DNA of 24,538 nt, from NCBI GenBank assembly GCA_043767805.1, contig JAYUGC010000151.1, positions 1-24,538 on the forward strand. The letters are read 5' to 3'. The translations under genes and the position numbers were made by a program. The first letter of the stretch is position 1. Each line of letters begins with the position of its first letter. Shown here one piece after another: positions 16,413 to 24,538 of this stretch. The notes beneath the pieces were generated by a model that saw only the letters and a list, made by a program, of their open reading frames with translations, did not search any database and was not told the origin of the DNA. Origin of the DNA: Pseudomonadota bacterium. GTDB taxonomy: Bacteria > Bdellovibrionota > FAC87 > UBA2466.

Positions 16413-18155
16413 CTAGGAGGTAGATTTCGCGATATCGCCGTCAGGACGAGAGTTATTGAGCACTTCCTCGAGGGTGGTCTCTCCTCGATAGAGCTTGAGC
16501 AAAGCGGACTGGCGGAGCGTGGTCATGCCATCGGCCATGGCTTGTTTCTTCAAATCGTCGGTATTGGCGCCTTTTACGATCATGTCTCGCAGGCCTTCGG
16601 ACAACATCATCACTTCGAAAATTCCTTTGCGGCCTTTGTAGCCGGTATTGCCACAACGATCGCAGCCGCGGCTCTTCAAGGGCTTCACGGTTTCGAGCCA
16701 ATGCTCGGGCATCTCCGCCGCGCGGAGCATTTCGATGGTGACCTTCTTGTCGGGCGCCGCGCACTTATCACAGTTTACGCGCACCAGACGCTGAGCCTGC
16801 ACGAGGGTCAGCGCCGCGGTAATGAGAAAGGGCTCGAGACCCATGTGTAAAAGACGAGTGATGGTGCTCGGCGCATCGTTGGTGTGAAGGGTCGAGAAAA
16901 CCATGTGACCGGTGAGCGCGGCTTTGACGGCGATTTCCGCGGTCTCATGATCGCGGATCTCACCGACCATGATGACGTCGGGATCTTGGCGCAAAAGAGA
17001 GCGAAGCGCGGCCGCGAAGTTCAGGCCGATGCCGTCTTTCATCTGCACCTGATTGATGCCCGCCATGTTGTACTCGACGGGATCCTCGACGGTGGAGATG
17101 TTGACGTCCGGTCCATTCAATTCTTGAAGGGCCGCGTACAGCGTCGTGGATTTACCGCTACCGGTGGGACCGGTGACGAGGATCATGCCGTAGGGTTGTA
17201 CGGCCGCCTTGCGAAAAAGATCGTATTGCGCCTGCTCGAAGCCGACGGCAATGAGATCGGGCGTCTTGCCGCCGCTATCCAAAATACGCATGACGACTTT
17301 CTCGCCGAAAATCGTCGGCAGAGTCGAAACGCGGATATCGACTTTCTTTTCCTTGGTGCGCACCTGGAGGCGGCCGTCCTGAGGCAGGCGCTTCTCGGAG
17401 ATATCCATCTGCGCCATGACCTTGATACGAGCCGGGACCGCCGCGCGGAGCTGGGGCGGCAGGCGCATCACTTCATGCAAGCTTCCGTCGATGCGCAGGC
17501 GGATGCGGGAAAACTGCTCGTAGGGCTCGACGTGAATATCGCTACTTTTACGCCGGATTGCCTCGACGAAAATTTTGTTCAGCAGTTTGTGAATGGGCTT
17601 GTCGGCGGCGGCTCCCCCGTCTAGCTCGTGCGCTTCTTGCGCTTCCACCTTGCCGACCTCGACGACGTTCGTCCCCATGTCGGGGTCCGGTCCGCCGTAA
17701 GCCTCGCTCATGTCGATCTGCGCGCTTCGGTTCGCGTACGCGCGATCGATCAAAACCTTGATGCCCGATTCCGTGCCGAGATAAACCTGCACGTCCATGT
17801 TACAGAGAAAGCGCACGTCATCGACGGCGGCGACATTCGTCGGATCGGCGACGGCCACCGTAATGCGATTGCCCTCGACGCTGAGCGGAACGAGCATGTG
17901 CTTTTCGCACAAGCTCCAGGGAACAAGGCGAGTCAGCTCGGGCGGAACGGTGACGTCCTCCAGGGAAATGGCCGGAATGCCGTACTGCTTGGAGAGAAAC
18001 GTCGCGAGAACTTTTTCGTTGATGTGGCCAAGCTGAACCAAGGACGCAGAAAGGCGCGTGTTTTGGCGGCTCTTATGCTCGATCGCTTCTTTGAGCTGCT
18101 TGCCTGTGATCAGGCCCTGGTTGACGAGCAGCTCGCCAAGTTTACCGGCTGACAT
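16413..18155 (-). CDS. pilB: Type IV pilus assembly ATPase
   Basis: N-terminal KLGELL (MshEN-like), SDIHVEP, RLPQDG, GPTGSGKSTTLY, LRQDPDVIMVGEIRD, STLHTNDA, zinc tetracysteine CDKC...CDRC..TGYKGR. Confidence 0.95.
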   Translation of the reverse strand: MSAGKLGELLVNQGLITGKQLKEAIEHKSRQNTRLSASLVQLGHINEKVLATFLSKQYGIPAISLEDVTVPPELTRLVPWSLCEKHMLVPLSVEGNRITVAVADPTNVAAVDDVRFLCNMDVQVYLGTESGIKVLIDRAYANRSAQIDMSEAYGGPDPDMGTNVVEVGKVEAQEAHELDGGAAADKPIHKLLNKIFVEAIRRKSSDIHVEPYEQFSRIRLRIDGSLHEVMRLPPQLRAAVPARIKVMAQMDISEKRLPQDGRLQVRTKEKKVDIRVSTLPTIFGEKVVMRILDSGGKTPDLIAVGFEQAQYDLFRKAAVQPYGMILVTGPTGSGKSTTLYAALQELNGPDVNISTVEDPVEYNMAGINQVQMKDGIGLNFAAALRSLLRQDPDVIMVGEIRDHETAEIAVKAALTGHMVFSTLHTNDAPSTITRLLHMGLEPFLITAALTLVQAQRLVRVNCDKCAAPDKKVTIEMLRAAEMPEHWLETVKPLKSRGCDRCGNTGYKGRKGIFEVMMLSEGLRDMIVKGANTDDLKKQAMADGMTTLRQSALLKLYRGETTLEEVLNNSRPDGDIAKSTS

Positions 18156-18291
18156 AGGTTAAATTTCGTTCCGAAGTCGGGGATTTTAGTCGAGTGGGCG
18201 GATACCCTACATTATAGCGGAAAGCGGCCCGGGCACGAACCCCCGCCTGCCCCAACGGGCAAAATAACGCCAACTAACTGGAATTATTTTC

Positions 18292-19842
18292 TTATTTAGG
18301 GAGCCGAAGCAGGCTTTTGCCGCTCATTTCCGAGGGCTGGTCGATTCCCCACAGAGCGAGCATGGTAGGCGCGATGTCGCAAAGCCGGCCGCCGTCCATG
18401 ACCTCGACTTTTTTGCGCTGCGGCTCAATGAGGATGAGCGGAACGGGAAGCGTGGTGTGGGCGGTGAAAGGCGCGCCCGAGTCGTCCAGCATCTTCTCGC
18501 AATTGCCGTGATCGGCGGTGAGTAGCGCGAAGGCCCCGTTTTTTTCCACCCAGTCGACGATGCGGCCCACGCACTTGTCGACGGTTTCTACCGCCTTGAT
18601 CGCGGCCGGAATATTGCCGGTGTGCCCGACCATGTCGGTATTTGCGAAATTTACGACGACAAAACGGTACTCAGTGGCATCGAGCTCTTCGAGAAGAGCG
18701 TCGGTCACCTGCTTCGCGCTCATCTCGGGCTTCAAATCGTAAGTGCGCACGTCGCGGGGAGACGGAATGAGCACGCGCTTCTCGCCGTCGAAAACGCGCT
18801 CGTCCCCGCCGTTAAAAAAGTAAGTCACATGCGCGTACTTTTCGGTTTCGGCGATGCGGAGCTGCTTGCCGCCCAGACGGGAAATGATCTCGCCCAAGGT
18901 ATTGGGCACCTTCGGCTTTTGGAACGCGGCCGGCACGTCCACCAAAGACTCGTCGTAAGGAGTCATGGTGACGAAGCCCGCGAGCGTCGGCGTCGATTCC
19001 CGTCGAAAGCTCGTGAACTCGGCTTGGGTCATCGCGCGGGTGATTTGGCGAGCGCGGTCGGCGCGGAAATTAAAGAACAGGACCCCGTCTCCATCCTTGA
19101 TGCCCGGGTAGCCCTTAGCCACGGCCGGGGGCAAAAACTCGTCGGTGGTGCCAAGCTCGTACTGCGAACGGATGTACTGAAACGGATCGGAAAATTCGTG
19201 GGCGCTTTTGCCGCCGACAATGGCGGCATAAGCGGCTTCCGTGCGCTCCCAGCGCTTGTCGCGGTCCATGGCGAAGAAGCGGCCGTTAATCGTCCCTATT
19301 TTTCCGAGGCCCACGGACTTCGCCTGCTCGAGGCATTGCTCGGCAAACTCGATGCCGCTAGTGGGCGAGGTGTCCCGGCCATCCGAGATGAAATGGATCC
19401 AAACTTTTTCAAGGCCCTGCCGCTTGGCAAGCTCCAAGAGCGCGAACAGATGGGAGATGTGGCTGTGCACGCCGCCGTCGGAAACGAGCCCCATGAGATG
19501 GAGCGCGGGCCGGCCCTTTTGTTCTTTTAACCGGGTGATGAGGTGAAGGAAGGCGGGGTTCTCGAAAAAGATTTCTTCTTCGATGGCGTTACTGATGAGC
19601 GAAAAATCCTGGTAGACCACTCTGCCCGCGCCGATGTTCAAGTGCCCGACTTCCGAATTGCCCATGAAGCCTTCGGGCAACCCAACGAAGCTTTCCGAGG
19701 CTTGCAGCGAACTATGCGGGTAATTTTCGAAGAGTCCTTTGAGTACCGGCGCCTTTGCGAGCGCAAACGCGTTTGCCCGCGTGTCGGGGTTCAGGCCGAA
19801 GCCGTCCAGAATGATGAGAATGCCCGTACGATCGTGCGCCAT
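18292..19842 (-). CDS. gpmI: 2,3-bisphosphoglycerate-independent phosphoglycerate mutase
   Basis: LIILDGFG, MGNSEVGH, SDGGVHSH, DGRDT, AMDRD, NFRADR, AETEKYAHVTYFFNGG, DMVGHTG, TADHGN. Confidence 0.97.
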   Translation of the reverse strand: MAHDRTGILIILDGFGLNPDTRANAFALAKAPVLKGLFENYPHSSLQASESFVGLPEGFMGNSEVGHLNIGAGRVVYQDFSLISNAIEEEIFFENPAFLHLITRLKEQKGRPALHLMGLVSDGGVHSHISHLFALLELAKRQGLEKVWIHFISDGRDTSPTSGIEFAEQCLEQAKSVGLGKIGTINGRFFAMDRDKRWERTEAAYAAIVGGKSAHEFSDPFQYIRSQYELGTTDEFLPPAVAKGYPGIKDGDGVLFFNFRADRARQITRAMTQAEFTSFRRESTPTLAGFVTMTPYDESLVDVPAAFQKPKVPNTLGEIISRLGGKQLRIAETEKYAHVTYFFNGGDERVFDGEKRVLIPSPRDVRTYDLKPEMSAKQVTDALLEELDATEYRFVVVNFANTDMVGHTGNIPAAIKAVETVDKCVGRIVDWVEKNGAFALLTADHGNCEKMLDDSGAPFTAHTTLPVPLILIEPQRKKVEVMDGGRLCDIAPTMLALWGIDQPSEMSGKSLLRLPK

Positions 19843-19891
19843 ATGGAAGTTACGTTTATCCTAACCCGCCCAGCCCGGGAATCACAAAAAT

Positions 19892-19928
19892 GGTTGAAAA
19901 CCCCGGGGTTTGCCCCTAACTTTCAACC
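19892..19928 (+). promoter_or_regulatory. Putative sigma70 promoter of the acyl-CoA dehydrogenase-etf operon with overlapping palindromes
   Basis: TTGAAA(19894-99)-N17-TAACTT(19917-22). Perfect palindrome AAACCCCGGGGTTT (19898-19911). Flanking inverted repeat GGTTGAAA/TTTCAACC. Confidence 0.55.
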
Positions 19929-19973
19929 GGCCCCGTGGGGCTCTAGCGACTGATTTTCCAAGGGAGTTTCCGC

Positions 19974-21122
19974 ATGATCGGCTTCGATCTCACAGACGAG
20001 CAACTAGCGCTTCGCGACATGGTGCGCAAATTCGTGGACACCGAAGTCCGCCCCGTGGCCGCGAAATACGACGAGACCGGAGAGTTTCCGTGGGATGTCA
20101 TCAAGAAGGCCTGGGAACTGGGCATCATGAATATCGCCATTCCCGAAAAGTTCGGCGGCCTCGGCCTGGGCGTTCTCGAAGACGTCATCATCAACGAGGA
20201 AATGGGCGCGGGTTGCCTTGGCATCACCACCAGCATCGCGGTGAACACCCTCGGCATGTACCCCATTCTCTTGGGTGGCACCGACGAGCAGATCAAAGAG
20301 TTCGCCGCGCCCTTTTTGGAAGAGCCTCGCCTCATCGCTTTCGGCCTCACCGAGCCCGGCTCGGGCTCCGACGCGGGCGGCATGAGCACCCATGCGAAAG
20401 ACTGCGGCGATCACTTTCTGGTGAACGGCTCGAAGATGTGGATCACCAACGCGGGCCACGCCTCCCTTCACTCGATTTTCGCGACCACCGACAAAGCCTT
20501 GAAGAGCAAAGGCACCGTTTGCCTCGTCGTTCCCGGCGATGCCCCCGGCGTTTCCTACGGCAAGCACGAGAACAAGCTCGGTCAGCGCTGCTCGGACACG
20601 CGCTCCATCACGTTCGAGAACGTGAAAGTGCCGAAGAAGAACATGATCGGCAAAGTCGGCGACGGCTTCAAGATCGCGCTTCGTACCCTCGATAAAACCC
20701 GTCCGGCGATTTCGGCCGGCGCGGTGGGCGCGGCTCGCTCGGCCATGCAGCACTCCATCAAGTATTCGAAGGAGCGCAAGCAGTTCAATCAGGCTATCTC
20801 GAACTTCCAGGGCATTCAGTTCATGCTGGCCGACATGGCCACCGACATCGAGGCGGGCCGGCTCCTTTGCTACCAGGCCGCCTGGCTCCTCGATAAGGGC
20901 GAGTACGATCGCGCCAACTTCTGTTCGGCGCTCGCGAAACGCCATAGCGCCGACATGGCGATGAAAGTGGCGACCGACGCGGTTCAGATCTTCGGCGGCT
21001 ACGGCTACACGAAAGAGTATCCCGTGGAAAAGATTTTCCGGGACGTGAAGCTGGTTCAGATTTACGAAGGCACGTCGCAAATCCAGCGTTTGGTCATTGC
21101 GCGTCACCTTCTGAAGGATTAA
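19974..21122 (+). CDS. Acyl-CoA dehydrogenase (short/medium-chain type)
   Basis: FGLTEPGSGSD, NGSKMWITN, KLGQRCSDT, ERKQF, AVQIFGGYGY..EYPVEK..RD.K..QIYEGTSQIQR. AGGGAG SD. Confidence 0.95.
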   Translation: MIGFDLTDEQLALRDMVRKFVDTEVRPVAAKYDETGEFPWDVIKKAWELGIMNIAIPEKFGGLGLGVLEDVIINEEMGAGCLGITTSIAVNTLGMYPILLGGTDEQIKEFAAPFLEEPRLIAFGLTEPGSGSDAGGMSTHAKDCGDHFLVNGSKMWITNAGHASLHSIFATTDKALKSKGTVCLVVPGDAPGVSYGKHENKLGQRCSDTRSITFENVKVPKKNMIGKVGDGFKIALRTLDKTRPAISAGAVGAARSAMQHSIKYSKERKQFNQAISNFQGIQFMLADMATDIEAGRLLCYQAAWLLDKGEYDRANFCSALAKRHSADMAMKVATDAVQIFGGYGYTKEYPVEKIFRDVKLVQIYEGTSQIQRLVIARHLLKD

Positions 21123-21168
21123 GTACTTTTAACCGGACCCCTCGTCCTGGGATCCGCGGGAGGACACG

Positions 21169-21948
21169 ATGAACCTTTTCGTTCTGGTCAAACAGGTCCC
21201 TGACACCGAGACCAAAATCCGTCCCAATTCCGCCGGCACCGGCATCGAGACCGATGGCATCAAGTGGGTCATCAGCCCGTACGATGAATTTGCCATCGAA
21301 GAAGCTCTCAAGACGAAAGAACGCCTCAAAGAAGGCACGGTCACCGCGCTGACCGTGGGCCCCGAACGGGCCACGGAAGCTTTGCGGACGGCTCTCGCCA
21401 TGGGCGCCGATAACGCCATTCACATCAAATCGGACGACGCCGGCCTCGACACCTACATGGTGTCCCGCGCGCTTTCCGAAGTTTTGAAAAAGGAAGGCGC
21501 GCAGCTGGTCTTCTCGGGCAAACAGGCCATCGACGACGACCAGGGCGCCGTGTTCGCCTACGTCGCCGAGTTCATGGACATCCCTTCGGCTTCCGTCATC
21601 GTGAAAGTCGACATCGCCACCGATAAAAAATCGGCGAAGGTCGAGCGCGAAGGCGAAGGCGGCGCGAAGCAGATTATCGAAATGCCGCTCCCGGCGATGA
21701 TTGCCGTCAACAAGGGCATCAATACCCCTCGTTACGCGAGCCTTCCCGGCATCATGAAGGCGAAGAAGAAAGAAATTAAGGCGTACGCTTTGGCCGACCT
21801 CGGCCTCAGCGCGGCCGATGCCTGCACGAAGGACACCGGCTACCAGCTCCCCGCGGAGCGCGCGCCGGGCAAAAAGATTACCGGCGATGCGGCTACCCAA
21901 GCCAAAGAGCTCGTCCGTCTGCTTCGCGAAGAAGCGAAAGTCATTTAA
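21169..21948 (+). CDS. etfB: Electron transfer flavoprotein beta subunit
   Basis: VKQVPDT, PYDEFAIEEAL, ALAMGAD, GKQAIDDD, PRYASLPGIMKAKKK. GGAGG SD. Confidence 0.95.
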   Translation: MNLFVLVKQVPDTETKIRPNSAGTGIETDGIKWVISPYDEFAIEEALKTKERLKEGTVTALTVGPERATEALRTALAMGADNAIHIKSDDAGLDTYMVSRALSEVLKKEGAQLVFSGKQAIDDDQGAVFAYVAEFMDIPSASVIVKVDIATDKKSAKVEREGEGGAKQIIEMPLPAMIAVNKGINTPRYASLPGIMKAKKKEIKAYALADLGLSAADACTKDTGYQLPAERAPGKKITGDAATQAKELVRLLREEAKVI

Positions 21949-21957
21949 GGAGAACCC

Positions 21958-22926
21958 ATGGCGAATACTTTCTTGATTGCCGAACACCACGAAGGCCAAG
22001 TCAAACGGGTCACCTACGAAATTTTTGCCGAGTTGCAGAAGCAAGGCGCCGATACGGTGGTCGTCCTCATTGGGGCTCCTGGCCTGGACACCATGACCTC
22101 CCAGCTCGGGACCCACGGCATCGCGAAAGCGGTCCTCCTCGAGCACGCGGACCTGAAGGCGTACACGACGGAAGGCTACGCGAACGCGCTCTACAACTAT
22201 CTCTCGAAGCAGTCTCCCGCCGCTATCGTCATCGGTGCCACGGATCAGGGAAAAGACCTCCTCCCCCGCCTCGCGGCGAAGTTCAAAGTCGGTTTTGCCG
22301 GTGATTGCGTGAGCTTCACGTCGTCGGGTGGCAAATGGGCGGCCCGCCGCCCGGTCTACGCCGGCAAATGCACGAAGAACGTGGAGTTCTTAAAAAGCCC
22401 TGCGGTCTTCTCGGTGCGCCCCAATGTTTTGCCTCTCGGCACGCCGACGGAAAAATCCGCCGAAGCGCAGAAAGTGGCGGCCGCTCCTGGAAACATCCGG
22501 GCGAAGTTGGTCAGCGTCACCGCGAGCGGCGAAAAGAAAATCGATCTCACCGAAGCGGACGTCATCATTTCGGGCGGCCGTTCTTTGAAGAACGCCGAGA
22601 ACTTCAAAATCCTGCGTGACTGCGCCGCCGTCATTGGCGCTGCGGTGGGCGCGAGCCGCGCGGCGGTCGATGCAGGCTACGCTCCGCACGACATGCAGGT
22701 CGGGCAAACCGGTAAAACGGTCAGCCCCAAGCTCTATATAGCCTGCGGTATCTCCGGCGCGATTCAGCATTTGGCGGGCATGCGCACGTCGAAGATCATC
22801 GTCGCCATCAACAAGGATCCCGAGGCTCCGATTTTCCAGCGCGCCGACTACGGCCTCGTGGGCGACCTTTTCGAGATCGTCCCGGCTTTGGCCGAAGCGT
22901 TCAAGCAGCTGAAAGCGCATTCCTAA
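21958..22926 (+). CDS. etfA: Electron transfer flavoprotein alpha subunit
   Basis: RPVYAG, LTEADVIISGGR, GASRAAVDAG, QVGQTGK.V.P.LYIACGISGAIQHLAGM, AINKDPEAPIF. AAGGAG SD. Confidence 0.96.
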   Translation: MANTFLIAEHHEGQVKRVTYEIFAELQKQGADTVVVLIGAPGLDTMTSQLGTHGIAKAVLLEHADLKAYTTEGYANALYNYLSKQSPAAIVIGATDQGKDLLPRLAAKFKVGFAGDCVSFTSSGGKWAARRPVYAGKCTKNVEFLKSPAVFSVRPNVLPLGTPTEKSAEAQKVAAAPGNIRAKLVSVTASGEKKIDLTEADVIISGGRSLKNAENFKILRDCAAVIGAAVGASRAAVDAGYAPHDMQVGQTGKTVSPKLYIACGISGAIQHLAGMRTSKIIVAINKDPEAPIFQRADYGLVGDLFEIVPALAEAFKQLKAHS

Positions 22927-22939
22927 GGGAGTGCCTTAA

Positions 22940-23680
22940 GTGGACCTAAAGCGTCTCATCTTTTCGCTGCTCTTTTCCCTCTGCGCGGGCACGTTTCTGT
23001 CGTTTGCGGCGGTTCGTCGCGAGCGGGTGGGAACGAAGTACTTCTTCTATCATGGGCTCATCGTCGCGGTTTTCGCGCTTGGAGCCTGGCTTACGCTCGC
23101 CCCGGCGAGTGTCGGACTCTTTCCCTTGGGCCTGGTCGCAGCGGCAGTCGTCTATTCGACGCAAATCGAGAAACGCCCCAACCTCGCCAAAGTCGCTTTT
23201 GTGGTGGGAGTATTCTTCTCCGTCCTGGTCTTGAGGCTTGTTGGGAAGCCGTTTCCGGCAAGCCTTTATCTCTCTACGCTCCTGCTCGGGTTTTCCATGG
23301 CGGCGATGCTACTCGGTCACTGGTACCTGAGCGTTCCCGGCCTTTCCATCGAAGAGCTTCGCCGGGTGGTTTTACTCTTCTTCTTGTTCCTCGTAGTGCG
23401 CACTTTGGTTGCCGCCTGGAACCTCGCCCCACTCGTCGCGGGTAAGTCGGAGATGGATCTCTATCGTTACTTCTTCTCTTCGACTTCCGGGATCTTTCTC
23501 ACCATGCGTTGGTTTTGGGGACTCATTGGGCCGCTGGGACTCGCGTACTTCATCTGGGAAACGGTGAAGCTCAGCTCCACGCGCTCGGCGACCGGCATCC
23601 TCTATGTTGCCGTGGTCTTCGTCCTCATTGGCGAGACAATGGCCCAGTACCTCGCTTACTTCCACGGGCTTCCGGGCTAA
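22940..23680 (+). CDS. Hypothetical polytopic membrane protein (about 8 TM)
   Basis: GTG start with AAGGGAG SD. Serial hydrophobic helices and conserved-looking motifs AMLLGHWYL, RWFWG, STRSATGILY, GE. Confidence 0.75.
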   Translation: MDLKRLIFSLLFSLCAGTFLSFAAVRRERVGTKYFFYHGLIVAVFALGAWLTLAPASVGLFPLGLVAAAVVYSTQIEKRPNLAKVAFVVGVFFSVLVLRLVGKPFPASLYLSTLLLGFSMAAMLLGHWYLSVPGLSIEELRRVVLLFFLFLVVRTLVAAWNLAPLVAGKSEMDLYRYFFSSTSGIFLTMRWFWGLIGPLGLAYFIWETVKLSSTRSATGILYVAVVFVLIGETMAQYLAYFHGLPG

Positions 23681-23682
23681 GC

Positions 23683-24087
23683 ATGGAAATTTCGACGGAA
23701 TGCCTCAGCTGCAAAGCCCGTCTCGAAGTGACGGACGGGATGGCTCAGCACTGCGGCGAGAATCTCTTTCCTTATGCCACCGATCGCTTTTTGAAAGAGC
23801 GCTTTTTGAATCAGTGCCCCCATTGCGGAGCCGCTCATCTCTATAAGCAAAGGGACTTCAATCGTCGGCTGGGCATTGGGTTGGTAGTCGTGGGTATTTT
23901 CTTTGCGTGGTGGACGTACGGCCTATCGCTGGCCCTCGTGACCCTCATCGACTGGTGGCTCTACCGCCAAGTGGGGGACGTCGGCTGCTGCTACCAGTGC
24001 ACGACACAGTTTCGCGGCGCGGAGATAGAGCCGCTGCCCGCATTTGATTTAGAGCTCCACGATTACTATAAGAGCCGCGCTCCGTAA
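23683..24087 (+). CDS. Hypothetical Cys-rich (zinc-ribbon-like) membrane protein
   Basis: ATG 2 nt after the upstream stop. CLSC, HC, CPHCG..LYKQRDF, TM hairpin, CYQC. Confidence 0.7.
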   Translation: MEISTECLSCKARLEVTDGMAQHCGENLFPYATDRFLKERFLNQCPHCGAAHLYKQRDFNRRLGIGLVVVGIFFAWWTYGLSLALVTLIDWWLYRQVGDVGCCYQCTTQFRGAEIEPLPAFDLELHDYYKSRAP

Positions 24088-24209
24088 GAGCGTTCGCTGC
24101 CACATAGCGCCTCAAAGCCAGGAGCGCTCTGCCCCATTCGTTTGCCGAGCCGAAGATTTCCGCCGTGCTCTGTGATCCGTTTCTGATCGGGGAAGAGAGT
24201 TCGTTGCAT
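24066..24209 (-). pseudogene. Probable internally deleted Y1 (IS200-like/REP-associated-type) transposase relic
   Basis: Manual translation from ATG 24209 gives MQRTLFPDQKRITEHGGNLRLGKR. A shifted frame from 24139 reads EWGRALLALRRYVAANAL. From recall (not searched), these resemble the N- and C-terminal segments of Bdellovibrionota Y1 transposases. Confidence 0.45.
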
Positions 24210-24452
24210 CAAGGATATGAATACGTCGGTGGCGATCGCGGGGCAATAGCATTTTAGGGCAATAGGGAGCGTGTTTGTCGACGATAGAATCGACGCTGAG
24301 TGCCTTCCGACGCTGGCGCAGTGAATAGTGTCCGGCGACGTCCGCTTTCTTCTTGTGCGATGCCTTTTCCTACTGGGCTACGCTTCTAGCTTGGCCCTGC
24401 CCGACGCCTAACTGCCCTCGGACACATCAAACGGCGTACCGCTCTGATCTTC

Positions 24453-24538
24453 GTGTAGGTAGGCGGGACCCCTTGCGGGGCCCGCCCCCATTAAAACCGT
24501 ACTGGCGCTATTTACGCATACGGCTTCCTCATCGATAC
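24453..24538 (-). mobile_element. Group II intron, 3' end (domains V and VI); remainder lies beyond the window
   Basis: Minus strand reads ...TGAG GAAGCCGTATGCG-TAAATAG-CGC-CA-GTACGGTTTT (DV, 24527-24493, AGC triad, 2-nt bulge), then AAT, then GGGGGCGGG-CCCC-GCAA-GGGG-T-CCCGCCT-A-CC (DVI, GNRA loop, bulged A at 24460), then TAC(AC). 3' splice site at 24453 or 24455. Confidence 0.88.

Noticed and set aside
18259..18272. Sigma54-like TGGCGTTATTTTGC on the minus strand upstream of pilB
   Set aside because: GG-to-GC spacing is 9 nt rather than the required 10; a TATAAT at 18211-16 suggests sigma70 instead.
20004..22146. Long antisense ORFs (367 aa and 350 aa) opposite acd and etfB
   Set aside because: Shadow ORFs produced by GC-rich codon bias on the strand opposite well-conserved genes; no recognisable motifs.
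23509..23682. N-terminal extension of the Cys-rich protein in the ORF track
   Set aside because: It overlaps the upstream membrane gene; ATG 23683 follows that gene's stop directly.
24459..24489. Plus-strand GTAG followed by a GC palindrome, resembling a GTAG-type REP element
   Set aside because: It is the reverse complement of intron domain VI and lies at the correct spacing from a domain V, and only one copy is present in the window.

Overview
GC-rich bacterial chromosomal window, most consistent with a Bdellovibrionota/Myxococcota-like (former deltaproteobacterial) organism; this is inferred from the pilB-pilT-pilC-pilS order and the style of the outer-membrane proteins. It is mostly housekeeping and envelope genes. 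Left to right: a Gly-rich protein with a Flp/TadE-like prepilin N-terminus and a C-terminal membrane anchor; a minus-strand operon (YfgM-like TPR protein, BamB-like propeller, serine hydrolase, mpl); two small outer-membrane beta-barrels; uppP; an agmatinase/arginase-family enzyme; two hypotheticals; tRNA-Leu(TAG) followed by a degenerate second tRNA 3' end; nth; an HD-domain protein; a pilB-pilT-pilC-pilS operon ending in a porin-like gene instead of pilR; gpmI; and acyl-CoA dehydrogenase-etfB-etfA plus two membrane hypotheticals. The last ~450 nt, nearly empty in the ORF track, hold the most notable signals. One is the 3' end (domains V and VI) of a group II intron on the minus strand, running off the window edge. 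The other is a probable internally deleted Y1/IS200-like transposase relic.
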